From Guillardia theta CCMP2712 (lineage: Eukaryota > Protista > Cryptophyta), in the NCBI RefSeq assembly GCF_000315625.1, contig NW_005434620.1, positions 272,747 through 336,746 of the forward strand: DNA of 64,000 bases, in the 5' to 3' direction. The notes beneath the pieces are model-generated. The model saw only the letters and a list, made by a program, of their open reading frames with translations, was not told the DNA's origin and made no database searches. A program made the position numbers and the translations under genes. This document shows positions 22,769 through 40,137 of the stretch, piece after piece; position 1 is the stretch's first letter, and each line of letters begins with the position of its first letter.

Positions 22769-25216
22769 GGGTTACGACGAGGATCACAACGAATGATACA
22801 GGTTTTGGGAAATAATAATGTGGCTTTTCTGTACTTGGGGAATTGGCGCCACTTGCAAAGGTAACGTTATAGGTTTTGTTGAGATCTGTGACGATTGTGA
22901 ATGTTATTGAGGCATATGAAGACGATAGTAGCTCTTACCTGTGTAAGATGTAATCTTTTTCCTGTTTTCTTATTTGTTCAACACTAGCATTTGATTGATT
23001 TTTTGGGTTTGATGCGTGAACGCGAAGTGTCAACTCAGTATGTACAAGGTTATTGTCGAAGAATTCTGTTCTTGGCAATGCTATGCATGAATTCGCTGTT
23101 CCTGTATGCGCCCAACTCGCTTCAATGCACCATGCGCGATTACTACGATTTATAAAAAGAAAACTGTGCCCGTCGAAGCGCTGCGAAACTGATGAGCGGG
23201 ATTCTTCGAAAAATCTGTGGTTCAGTTCAAAATATCAAGGGAGAGTTCAAAACAATTTCAGATGATTTGTCTTTCGGGCATAGTTTTAGTATTTTTAGAA
23301 GCAGAATTATTGATAATAATTGTAACTCATTCTTAAAACTAGAAAAGATTAGTTTTAGAAGGGCATAGTTATTTTTATCATCACCCGGGTCCGAGACCCG
23401 GCGTACTCGAACTACCAGTCGGAGCCTCAGTGTACGCCGTAACCCGTACCGTACCGGCCCGGGCCGTCACTGGACTCGGACTGGCTCGGCCGGCCCGGCC
23501 GCGGCTTCAGCCACCCGGCGGAGTCCGGCTGCCGCGGCCGCGGTCGGCCGACCGCCGCTCCTCGGAGGCTCCGGGTCACCGGCAGTGAACCGCTGGGCCC
23601 GGAGCGGCCGCTGAGCCGCGCCACGGGCCCCACCGGGGCCCGGGGTCCGGGGCCTGCGGCTGTCACCCGTCGAAAACAACTTTTTTCATTGGGAATAGTT
23701 ATTGCACACTCTGCTCTCCTTTCCAACACTTCAAAAATAAATAAACTTTCTTGTACTAATAAAGGGTAACAGTTATTGCACTGGTACAGAAGGGGATATT
23801 TTATTTTTCCGATCCGTCTAGTTGAGCAGGGGGAAAAACTCCTACTTATTTCGCCCATGAATGCTCTACAGACAGTAGTACCTGTGCGATGCCGGCAGTT
23901 ACATCCTGAAGAAGCACAGTGAAACCAACTTGTGTGATAGATCGAACACCGTCAAAGATTGAAGCTACACCGTTACCCTGTGAGAAGGCAAGACCTAGCA
24001 AACAAATGGCTGTCAACAGATCCTTCCGTGATGTCCTTTCATGCGACTCTGAATCAATCTCAAATCTACCTCCCCCCTCTTCACATCCCATGTCTGATCA
24101 CGCCCCCTTCCCTCTTGACCCCTCCCCTGCTCGCAGAAAAACCCTCACCCCCGATATGGTCCGTCGAATCTTCGCTGAAAGAGCCAAGATCACCGGCCCA
24201 AAGTCCCTCGAGAGCTCTTTCGTCGCCAGGAAGTACGGCATCAGCGCCAAGACCGTGCGAGACATCTGGGATCAGAGGACCTGGTCGCATGTCACGGACA
24301 GCATCGCGCGAGGCAGCGAGACATCGGCCGAGGCTAGTGGGAGCCACCAGCAATGCTACCAGAGTGTCCTGCTTCACCACAAGACTGAAGACCGTCATCC
24401 GCCTTCGAGGGTCGAGCGAGGCAGCTGGGACAGGGAGAGCTATGGCGGGCAGTACATGGATGAGATGATCGTGAAAGACCTCAATCGGACGGGGGGTGCT
24501 CCAATGCTCTGCGATGAGCTTCCCTCGAGCTCGGGGGACAGTCTTGAATTTTCGTCCATGGACCCGCAAACATATCAAGAGGCGCAGGCGGGGACCCAGC
24601 AGCCCTCCAACGGCCAAGCAATGCCGCACCTGCCGTCTGCTTCCTATCCTGACAGCCTCGCGGCTCACCGCTGGATCGCCATCAAGCAGGAGGAGCTCGG
24701 CTTCATGCCTCTCGACAGCTCCTCCAATGCGTACGCCGCCTCTGCTACCCCAGCGACCAAGCACGAGAGCATGGTGCATGAGCAGATGCAGGGCGCCGAC
24801 GACTCCTCGCCCGTGGCTGGGGAGGACATGGAGACAGAGGGATGCAGCGACGACGGCAGCAGTCAGGAGCAGCGATCCGGAGACAGATCGGGGCAGGACG
24901 GGTCGAGCAGCGCAGGTGAGTCGAGCAGCCAGGGTGAGTCGAGCAGCCAGGACGGCTCGAGCAGTCAAGCCCAGGACCTGGATCCGTCCTCGGACGAGTA
25001 CAGCACGAGCTGCAATCCAGCAGGAGCGTCATCATCGGACGGCTCGCAGAAGCCCTCTCACCGCAAGCCCGGCCATGCAGGGGCGAAGGGCTCGACAGGG
25101 TCTTCGTCGTCAGGGAGCCCGGACTGGATCCAGCAGATGAGCCCGAGCGCCATCTCGGACTACATGAGGAACGGGCTGTCGAGCTCAGACGAGGACTCGC
25201 AGATGGCGCTAGACAG
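21678..25216. repeat. Two-block inverted duplication: block A 22402-22771 / 24087-24456 and block B 21678-22287 / 24607-25216
   Basis: Reverse-complement comparison by eye: block A differs at about 1 site (codon 2) and block B at about 5 sites in 610 bp. The intervening 114 and 150 bp segments are unrelated. Confidence 0.95.
23385..23670. other. GC-rich palindromic micro-motif island inside the spacer between the inverted HTH genes
   Basis: Abrupt switch from AT-rich (23260-23385) to very GC-rich sequence (CCGGCCCGGGCCG, CCGTACCGTACCGG), then back to AT-rich. Confidence 0.6.
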
Positions 25217-25229
25217 CAACAAGAAATGA
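24090..25229 (+). CDS. Intronless helix-turn-helix protein with Ser/acidic disordered tail, copy B (inverted paralog of 21668-22768)
   Basis: MSDHAPF... with an HTH identical to copy A; 379 aa. Start set at ATG 24090 because homology to copy A begins at CCCATG. Confidence 0.85.
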   Translation: MSDHAPFPLDPSPARRKTLTPDMVRRIFAERAKITGPKSLESSFVARKYGISAKTVRDIWDQRTWSHVTDSIARGSETSAEASGSHQQCYQSVLLHHKTEDRHPPSRVERGSWDRESYGGQYMDEMIVKDLNRTGGAPMLCDELPSSSGDSLEFSSMDPQTYQEAQAGTQQPSNGQAMPHLPSASYPDSLAAHRWIAIKQEELGFMPLDSSSNAYAASATPATKHESMVHEQMQGADDSSPVAGEDMETEGCSDDGSSQEQRSGDRSGQDGSSSAGESSSQGESSSQDGSSSQAQDLDPSSDEYSTSCNPAGASSSDGSQKPSHRKPGHAGAKGSTGSSSSGSPDWIQQMSPSAISDYMRNGLSSSDEDSQMALDSNKK

Positions 25230-25449
25230 GCAGAAGCCGTAAAAGTATGCTTTTTCTTTTTTAAAAAAACGATTTTCCTCTTACTGATTTTTAAGTTAAC
25301 TTTGAGTAAAAAAGCAGAAGTCGACCGACAAATAAACGATGGGGAAGGAGGACGGGAAAGTCAGGAAACGTGGGAGGAAATAAGAGGAAGGAGAGTTGGC
25401 ACGCGAAGAGTCACAAGGAAGCGAAGGGGAGGGAGGGAGGGAGGGAGGA

Positions 25450-25501
<52 letters not shown>

Positions 25502-25625
25502 GAAGAGGACAGGAGAGGAGACAGGTAGGAGGTGCAAGGCAGCGGCGAACGGATTGGAGGGATTGAACAAAGGGGGAGACGAAGGAGAAGTGAAACAGAG
25601 GTTCACAGGAAGGATAGAACAACTA

Positions 25626-28041
25626 ATGGATGCTTGCAGGTTCGCTCTCAGGCGAAGCATTCTCATGCCTGTCAATCAGAGGAGGAAGGGGAGAGTTCAA
25701 GGAGCATGGAGCGCCAACCAAGATGCTCCAAGATCTACGCACGAGCCAGCCCCACATCAGCATCTCACCGTCTCCCATGAAGGTCAGACTGTAGCAGGGG
25801 CGCGGAGACCAGTGCACTTTCAACCAGAAGCTCCCAAGAAGGAGGTGAGATCTGCTGCGCCCAAGCAAGAGCTCCTGTTTCCTACGGTCGAAAGTGACAC
25901 CACGGATGAAGAGGAGGTGAAGTTTGAGCCTCTGGTCCCTCTAGATGCTCATCGCCATGGATACATCACTCCATCACAAGAGCAGATCCAGCTCTCTTGC
26001 GATGCTCAGTTGAACATGCAGCGGTTGCTGGAGCTGTCGAGTAGAGACATTCCGAGCGCGAGGGAAGACAAGAGACCCGTCATCGTGTGGTTTCGACAGG
26101 ATCTCAGGCTTCATGACAACCCAGCGCTTCTCTTTGCTGCTCAGAGCGGCAGGAACGTCATCCCAGTCTTTGTGCACGTAGAACAAGACGACGAGAACTG
26201 GTTGCTCGGGGGAGCAGCCAAGTTTTGGCTCCATCAGTCTCTTACCAAGCTGTCTGAGAGCTTGGAAAGGAAGTACGGCAGCAAGCTCATCATCAGGGCT
26301 GGGAGCGACACGCTGGCTGGTCTGCTAGATGTGATGATGGAGACAGGGGCTTCTACCTTGTGCTTCAACCGAGTGTACGAGCCCTGGAAACTTGCGAGGG
26401 ATGCCAAGATCGTGGAGACGCTGACGATGAATGGGCTCACATGCTCCTCCTACAAGGCGGTGGTCCTCTTCGAGCCGCTCGAGGTCGTTCCTGACAGCAA
26501 GGAAGGGCTCATGTATGGCTTCGGCTCCGTCGGCTTCTTCCTCAATGCCTGCGACGGCAAGGAGATCAGCGATCCCTTGCCTCCTCCCGAGCAACTGAGG
26601 CCCCCCAGAGCCTGGCCGGGCTCCCTGAGCATTGGCGACCTCAGGCTGTACGTGATGCCGTGCAGGAGGAACGGGCAGGTGGTGGACTGGGCGAAGGGGA
26701 TGCGAGAGTTCTGGGAGTTTGGAGAGGAAGGAGCTCTGAAGGCGCTAGAGGAGTTCGTGCGGTTCGGCTGCCATCACTTTGAAGGCAGGCAGCGCTTCCG
26801 GGCGGATCGCAAGTACACAGCCGTCATCTCCCCCTATGTCCGGTTCGGGGAGCTGAGCCCGAGGCGGATTTTCCATGAGATCGTGGTGAGGCATCGGTAC
26901 AAGGCCAAGACCTTCTTGCGGCGACTTGCCTGGAGGGATCTGGCGTACTGGTGCCTGTGGAAGTTCCCGACCATGGCGGACCACCCCCTCCGCCCCCAGT
27001 ATGCCCATCAGACGTGGGACTACGATCAGAAGCAGCTGCGAGCCTGGCAGAGGGGCCGGACCGGCTTCCCGCTGGTAGACGCTGCGATGAGGCAGCTGTG
27101 GGTAACGGGCTGGATGCCCAACTACATGAGGCATGTCGTTGCCGGGTTCCTGATCGAACACATGAACATGCACTGGGTGGACGGGGAGAAGTGGTTTCAT
27201 GACACCCTTGTGGACGCTGACGTGGCGATCAACGCCTACATGTGGCAGAACGGAGGTCACTCGGGCCTTGACCAGTGGAACTTCGTCATGCATCCTGTCT
27301 TTGCTGCCAAGAGCTGCGACCCTGAAGGCGACTATGTGCGCCGTTGGGTTCCCGAGCTCTCCAAACTCCCTCCTGAGTACATTCACTGCCCGTGGGAGGC
27401 GCCTGTTACTCTCCTTGCCTCCTCTGGCGTCGCCCTAGGGCGCAACTACCCGCACAGGATCATTGCGGACCTGGAAGGAGCGAGGACCCGTTCTCTGGCT
27501 GCGGTGAACGCGGTGAGGTGCGGGGTCGGGAAGGCGATGGTCCTCCCCGACGGGCATGAGAGGATGATCCTGCCTGATGGGAGGTGAGAATCTGCTTCCG
27601 GGGCTACTATGCTCGTGATCCTGCTCCTGCTCCTGCTGAGTCCTGTTCCTGCTTCTTCTGCTGGCCCAACCTTATCCTGCTCCTCACAAGCTACTCCTCC
27701 CCTTGCACTTGCCCATGGCCCTGTTTTTGCTTCAGCTGAATCGATCTTTCAGGCATGTTCGCCTGATCACGAGAATTGACTACCGGGAGACAGCAGCTTC
27801 TCCTATCACTCGTCAGACGCCCGACGAGAGCAGAGACCCGAGGAGGAGACCGAAGAAAGATCCCCTGAGGTGAGACGCTCCTTCTCCTCCTCTTTCCCTC
27901 CGCTTCGTTTCCTCCCGATCCTTCAGTCATGACGGTCTACTTGACCTTCTCGACGATCTTCGAACCGTGTCTGCTGCTGACTCGTTCACCCCAGCATCGC
28001 CATGGCAGACACTTTGCAAGCTTACGAGAGGATGTGTGTAA
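25626..28041 (+). CDS. Cryptochrome/photolyase family protein, plant-like (marine CRY-type) subgroup; start and last exon tentative
   Basis: IVWFRQDLRLHDNPAL, GGAAKFWLHQSL, ISPYVRFGELSPR, FLRRLAWRDLAYW, WQRGRTGFPLVDAAMRQLWVTGWMPNYMRHVVA, DADVAINAYMWQNGGHSGLDQWNFVMHP, DPEGDYVRRWVPEL. Further exon ~27753-27869 (HVRLITRIDYRE). Confidence 0.95.
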
Positions 28042-28201
28042 GATGACAAGCGAATTGTAGTAAACAAACAAACTGAAGGGCAAAAAAGAAGATTAAAAAT
28101 AACAACACAACACAACACAACACAAGCAATCAGCGACAGAGGTCCCACAGAGGTCACTCTCCCATCACAAGAGCTAAACTAGCAGGAATACAAGAAACAT
28201 G

Positions 28202-30478
28202 TCAGGCGTTCGGTTCGGCAGTAAGGTAGAGCATGCGCGGCATGGCCTGTGACAACATGAGCAACGGCTGTAACCTCCCGCCCTCGCCGCACCTGAAGCG
28301 ACAGGATGACAGTGTGACTAACGCGGCAACCGCTACATGCCAAGTCACAAACAGGTGCGTGAGAGACAGTCAAACCTCAAGCACAAGGACGTCAGATCAG
28401 TGAAGATCGTGAGGTGTCGAGCTCCATCACTGCTGAAGTTTGTTCCTGAAGACATCAACATCAGACACGCAAGCTGTTCGTAGGATGCCAGCGTACCAGC
28501 GATGTTAAGAGACGTCAAGAGCGACATTCTTGACATTGGAATGAATGATCCGTTGGAGAGCGACTCGTTCTGACTGACATTCAGATTCCTCATTCTCGTC
28601 AGTCTCTGCAGCAGGACAAAGGTGTCACAATTTCATGAGAGCTGAGCTCCAGTCCAGCTTACCTTCAGCTCTCGCATCGCCTCATCTGTCAAACCCCCAC
28701 CGCAAAGCTGTCGCAGACATCACAACCTTTCGTCGCAAACTCTCATTCGTGTTTGACCTCTAAAGACGTCAGGCTTGTCAAAAGCCCGATGTAAATGGTG
28801 CCATGATGCGTGACTTTAGCTCCGAAGAGATCAAGTTCCTAAGCATGTCGTCAGCATTTGAAGTATGCTTCTCCCGCTGATCACCTGGAGGTTTGTGAGT
28901 CCAGAAATGCAAGCTAGACCGCTGTCGGTGATGAGCCGAGAGTCGAGGTTTAGCCTCACGAGGTTAGTCAACCCCGTCACGTGTATCACTCCTGCATCGC
29001 TGACGCCAGTCGAGAACAAGTTCAAACTCTTGAGAGTCGTCAAGCCTGTCAGCAAGGCGAGTCCGGAAGAAGTCACGACGTTGTCGGACAGGTCGAGGTT
29101 CTCCAGGTTCGTCAGGTTCGCGATCGTCTGGAGGCCCCCGTTGGTCACGTGACAACAGTCGAGGTTCAGAGTCTTAAGATCCCAGAGGGAGCTGAGGTAG
29201 CCCAACCCTATGTCTGTCACTCTCGTATGTGCCAGGAGAAGAATCTTGAGGTCTGACAGGCCCCGCAAGGCCTCCAACGTCTGATCTCCGACGTGCTCGC
29301 ACTGGCTGAGATCAAGCAGCTTCAGCTTCCCCAGGCTCGAGAGCTCCACCAGTGCAGAGGTTGCGCCAACTTTGCAGGAACACATGCGAAGACTCTCGAG
29401 CTGAGTCAAGGAGCAGAGGGCCTGCAGCCCATCCTCCGTGAACGGGCATGCGCACACGTTCAGCCTCTTGAGCCGGGGAAGGCTTCGCAAGCTCTCGAAG
29501 CTGTCGTCGTCGGCGTTCGTCCACCCGAGGTTGAGGATGCGAAGGTTCGTCAGCTTCTCCAAACTCTCGATGCCCTCAGAGTCCAGCCTGGTCAGCCGCT
29601 CGAGGTTCAAGTCCGTCATCCGCACTAGCTGCGAAAGGCAGCTCACACCGGACGAAGCCATCCTGGTGCAAGCAGAAACAGACAAGTGCGAGAGAGACGA
29701 AAGCTCTCCTATCACCTCCAACGTGGCATCTCCTAATCTGAGACAATTCTCCAACTTGATGGACCTCAGCGATTGTAGCGATCTCAACCTTGAGATGCCC
29801 TCGTCGGTGACGTGTATACAATTGCTCATATCCAACCTTGTAAGGGCATGAAAGCTCTGAAACTTCATCGTCAGCAGGCTGAACTTGCTGTTCAAGTCTG
29901 TCTACCTCTCCCAAGACTTCCAGCCAGTCGTCAGCAATTAGCGGATACGCGAACAAGGAAGCGTCGCAGATTCTTGAAAGGAGGGGGAGGTGGGACTACT
30001 TAAGAGTTTAGATCATGTATCTTGTGGAGACTAGAAATGACCTTCTCAAGTCGCCTGCTGTATGCCAGACTGTCGAACAGCGCCTGAACCTTGAGAGAAA
30101 CCATCACAAAATCTTCAACCAAAGTCGATACAAGTCAGCCTGCTACGTACCATCTCATTCGGAATCCCGTCCAATGAGGTGTAACAGTGCATGTTCTCGG
30201 ATATGCTTCTGATACACCATTCTGTTAAACTTGGAGGTCCGCTTGCTGCCCTGATCGTCCTCTGCAACAACCATGTCACACAGAACATCTCTTGACCTCC
30301 TGCTCTCTTGTACCAAGATCCTCGGACGGGAGTAGTGCGAGTTTTCTTCATCTTCACTGTCTGGGTCGGAGACCTGGCCATTGTTCTGGAGGCTCAACAA
30401 GTAAGCAAGGGCAAGCCTGGCATCAAGAGCTCCTACCCCTGTGCCTCGTTTCAAGATGCTGCTGCAGGATGAACCCAT
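28202..30478 (-). CDS. RNI/AMN1-type leucine-rich repeat protein with N-terminal MGxxC acylation motif (plant At1g15740/FBXL14-like architecture)
   Basis: MGSSCSS..., PPSLTEWCIRSISENMHCYTSLDGIPNEM, then many LxxLxLxxCxxVTD repeats. Last exon AMPRMLYLTAEPNA*. Confidence 0.85.
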
Positions 30479-31109
30479 CTTGTTCAGACTCGCCTATCCT
30501 TTACCGCGCCACCCGGAGCGGATGAAATGGTCGCGCTTCAGCAGGGGATCTGAGCCGGGGGGTAACGAGAAGAAGAGCATGAGAACGAAGATGAGGAGGA
30601 AGATGAGTAGCAGTGGGAGGAGGAGGAAGCAGGCGGTAAGGGAGGGGAGGAGGAGGAGGAGGAGGAGGAGGTCAGGGCAGCCGCCATCGACCGTAGCCGC
30701 ATTGGCTGTTGCAACCCAAGATCCACAAACAAAAAAAAGAAAAAAGAACAAGAAATAGCGAGAGAATCTGTAAAAGGCAGGACCGGCCCGCATGGTGGAA
30801 GATTGGAGGAGCGACGGGGGGCAGGGACGGAGCAACGAGCGGTTGGACGAGGAAGAGAAGTGAGAAGAGGAAGAGAGGTAGAGGTAGATCTTGCACTCAA
30901 GGAGGAGGAGGATCTCTGCGGTCGTTGCATGCAAGTCGGGGGACGGTGGGATAGTTCTTCAATGTCGGTGGGCCTTATCAGAGCATGGGCCGATGTGAAG
31001 TGAAGGGACGCGGCTTGTCATCTGAGTCTGCTGCTTACGACTCCTCCATCGTTCTGGCTGTTGCATGTAAGACAGACAGCGACATTGGTGCATGGGATGA
31101 TGTCAGTGC

Positions 31110-37520
<6,411 letters not shown>

Positions 37521-37705
37521 GTGCCGCTACAGAGCTGTGAGTGAAGAGCTGGCAGGGTCAGAGATGAGGCGGCAGGAGAAGGGGGAGAGGACAGTTCGCT
37601 CCCGCACGCGTGTTTGCTGTAATGAAAAATTGTTCATGTCGTGCCCGCAACCATGCGCAAAGATGAAGTGCGGAGACTTCCGGCAGGGAACGAGTCGGAA
37701 GGGCT

Positions 37706-38761
37706 TCACTCGACGCTGTCCAGGGCCCGGAGCATAAGATCTCGCTTCTGCAGCAGGGGGTCAGGGGGAGGAAGCGAGAGGCAGAGCGCCGACCGGCTGC
37801 TCGAGCATGCTGGCGAGCTCGTGGGGGAGGCGGGGGACCTACAGCGAGGTCGGTCAGGGCAAGCACAGCATGCGCGCACTGGTGGACAGGGAGGGTCTTA
37901 CCTCGCTCTGCCAGAAGACTGGAGCCGGGGCCCTGGCATCTGCTCCGTACTGCAGCAAGATCTTAACTATCTCGACGTCACCCCTGCTCAGGAGGGCGAT
38001 CTCAGTTGAGGGCAGGGACAGGAGCCTCCTGTCAAGGGAACCTCTGTATCGCAACATGGAGGGGCCTCTCCCCAATATCTGCAGAGAGGGCAAGAGTCAA
38101 CCAACAGCGGGGAGGCGCAGAAACGTGTCCCACCGTTCTCTGCCTCAAAATCCGCCCCTGCATCCAGCAGCTGCAATGTTGTCAAGAGGAGCTGGAGGGA
38201 GGGAGGAGGAGGATCATCGAGAGTTACCAGCCTGACGCAGGCGATGCTGCGGGTGTTGATGGCGCTGGATTGGAGGGAGGAAGAGAATGAGAAGGGGCGG
38301 CAAAGAGAGGAGGGCTGAGTACCTGTGGAGTGGTGTGATCTTGAGAAGGTGGCTCTTTACCTGTCATGACACGAGCAGGAGCGTTCAGTGATGTCCGATG
38401 AACATGTCACAAGGGTATCCGATGTACAGTGCCTCACCTCAAGGTCTGGACGAGATTCAAGGAGCAGACTTAGCATCTTGACGTCTCCTCTGCAAGGGTA
38501 ACAGGGTCAGGGGTCAACCTCCCCAGCCATGCTTGCCATCACTTGTGTGCGGCTATGTGTAAAGGTCTACATCCGTTCGCATTCATGACCTCATTCTGAT
38601 TTTGACCTCGTTCCAGCAATCTGCAGTGACACACTGGTTTACGGGAACACAAGATCAAGTACATGCGTTTACCTCTTCACGCCTTCTATATCTCCCTTGG
38701 AAACTTCCTCCAATAGATAATCGGATAGCTGTTTCGTGGGGTTAATGACTGATATGTCCAT
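37706..38761 (-). CDS. Ankyrin repeat protein
   Basis: MDISVINPTKQLSDYLLEEVSKGDIEGVKR|LLERGQNQNEVMNANGCRPLHIAAH...GDVKMLSLLLESRPDLE|VKSHLLKITPLH...LLDAGADFEAEN|DIGERPLHVAIQR|GDVEIVKILLQYGAD...ALDSVE*. Confidence 0.85.
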
Positions 38762-39036
38762 CTTCACTTATTGGCTCTAGGGTTTCCACGACGTCATATT
38801 AAGTCTGCCTGCATAGCATGTCAGAGAAACGTTTTACCTCTTTCTCTCTCTCTTCCATGCTCCTCCTCCCTTCCCTCCCTTCCCCTCTGCTCCTCCTCCC
38901 TCCCTCCCTCCCTCCCTCCTCCTTCACCTCCCTCCCTCCCTCCCTCCCTCCCTCCCTGCCTTGGCTCCAGTCTTGGAGGTCACGAAGCTTGCCAGATCAT
39001 TGAACTCTCTTCCTCCTGTTGAAGCCGGTTAAATCT

Positions 39037-39136
39037 NNNNNNNNNNNNNNNNNNNNNNNNNNNNNNNNNNNNNNNNNNNNNNNNNNNNNNNNNNNNNNNN
39101 NNNNNNNNNNNNNNNNNNNNNNNNNNNNNNNNNNNN
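39037..39136. other. Assembly gap (100 N)
   Basis: Run of 100 N with (CCCT)n repeats on both sides. Confidence 1.
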
Positions 39137-40137
39137 CCCTCCCTCCCTCCCTCCCTCCCTCCCTCCATCCTGCTTGACATCGCTTCATCCCTTCGCTATC
39201 AGAGCCATGGTTTTTCTTTGTTTTGTTTCTTTTACAGATAAAAAACATCAAACGAGCGTCAACCTAATTCGGTCATGTTCGCCGACGTTAGGCAGGTACG
39301 AAGCAGAGTATGAGGAGCGTGGGAAGCAGGAGCAGGAGCAGGAGCAGGAGGAGTAAGAGCAGGAACAGGAACAGCAGAACGAGCAGGAGCAAATAGTGTT
39401 TGAGGAGGCACGGTCAGTGCAAACACAGGGGCCTGGGCAGCCACGAGCAGGCGCATGAGCACGAGTATCACCATCACGACGAGTAATGGCAGGGTCAGGA
39501 TAGAAGCTTAACAAGGGGCAGGGGCAGGGGCAAGAGGGGCAGGAGAGGATGAGTGTGTATTTTAGTGGTTTAGTGGTATGTAATGACTGTTGAAGTTCGA
39601 GGCTCTTGCTCGCTGGGAGCTCCCAGCCATCGGGTCGTTCACCCCTGCAGATCAAGCTGCTGCTTCTGGAGTAGCAGCCGCGGCAAAGGTGGACGGAGCA
39701 AAGGTCGAATTGCTATCCTCAAGGCATGTTGCTCAATGCCGGGCTGACATGCGAGGATAGGATGATGAGCTTCCGGATGGATTCTGCGCTTGCCCGCATC
39801 CTTGGGCACAAACCACCACATGTGAGTCACTAGAAGCTGGTAGGACAAGGTCTGAAAGATAATCTTACCGTCCTCTCAAGGTTTTTGCCCGGAGGAGTAC
39901 AATCACGCTACATACTGAAGCATGAGGATGAACAACTTGAACGACATTCAGTGATCGTTCCTTGCAGCATGTGTCATGATCGTTCATTATGTTTAAAACT
40001 CTTAAATTTGATTGAGTACAATACATCGACTAGTTACAAGCATTTACAACAGACTCCTCCTCCGCCTCATCTCTCTTCCATTTCATGTACTTCCGAGCAA
40101 TCTGGTGTGAGAGTCAGTTGTTAGAGCACACATGATA

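Noticed and set aside
23919-24089. 57-codon N-terminal extension of HTH copy B in the ORF track
   Set aside because: Starts at GTG, and homology with copy A begins exactly at ATG 24090.
21926-24968. Long antisense ORFs (312 and 295 aa) over the HTH genes
   Set aside because: Shadow frames of GC3-rich coding sequence.
25302-25625. N-terminal part of the 761-aa cryptochrome ORF
   Set aside because: TTG start and translation of (GCAG)n/GA-rich repeat; likely UTR or intron.
30480-31010. Several poly-Arg/Leu/Ser ORFs
   Set aside because: GA/CT low-complexity sequence between divergent genes.
39180-40120. Short ORFs right of the assembly gap
   Set aside because: Low-complexity or motif-less; no consistent exon chain found.
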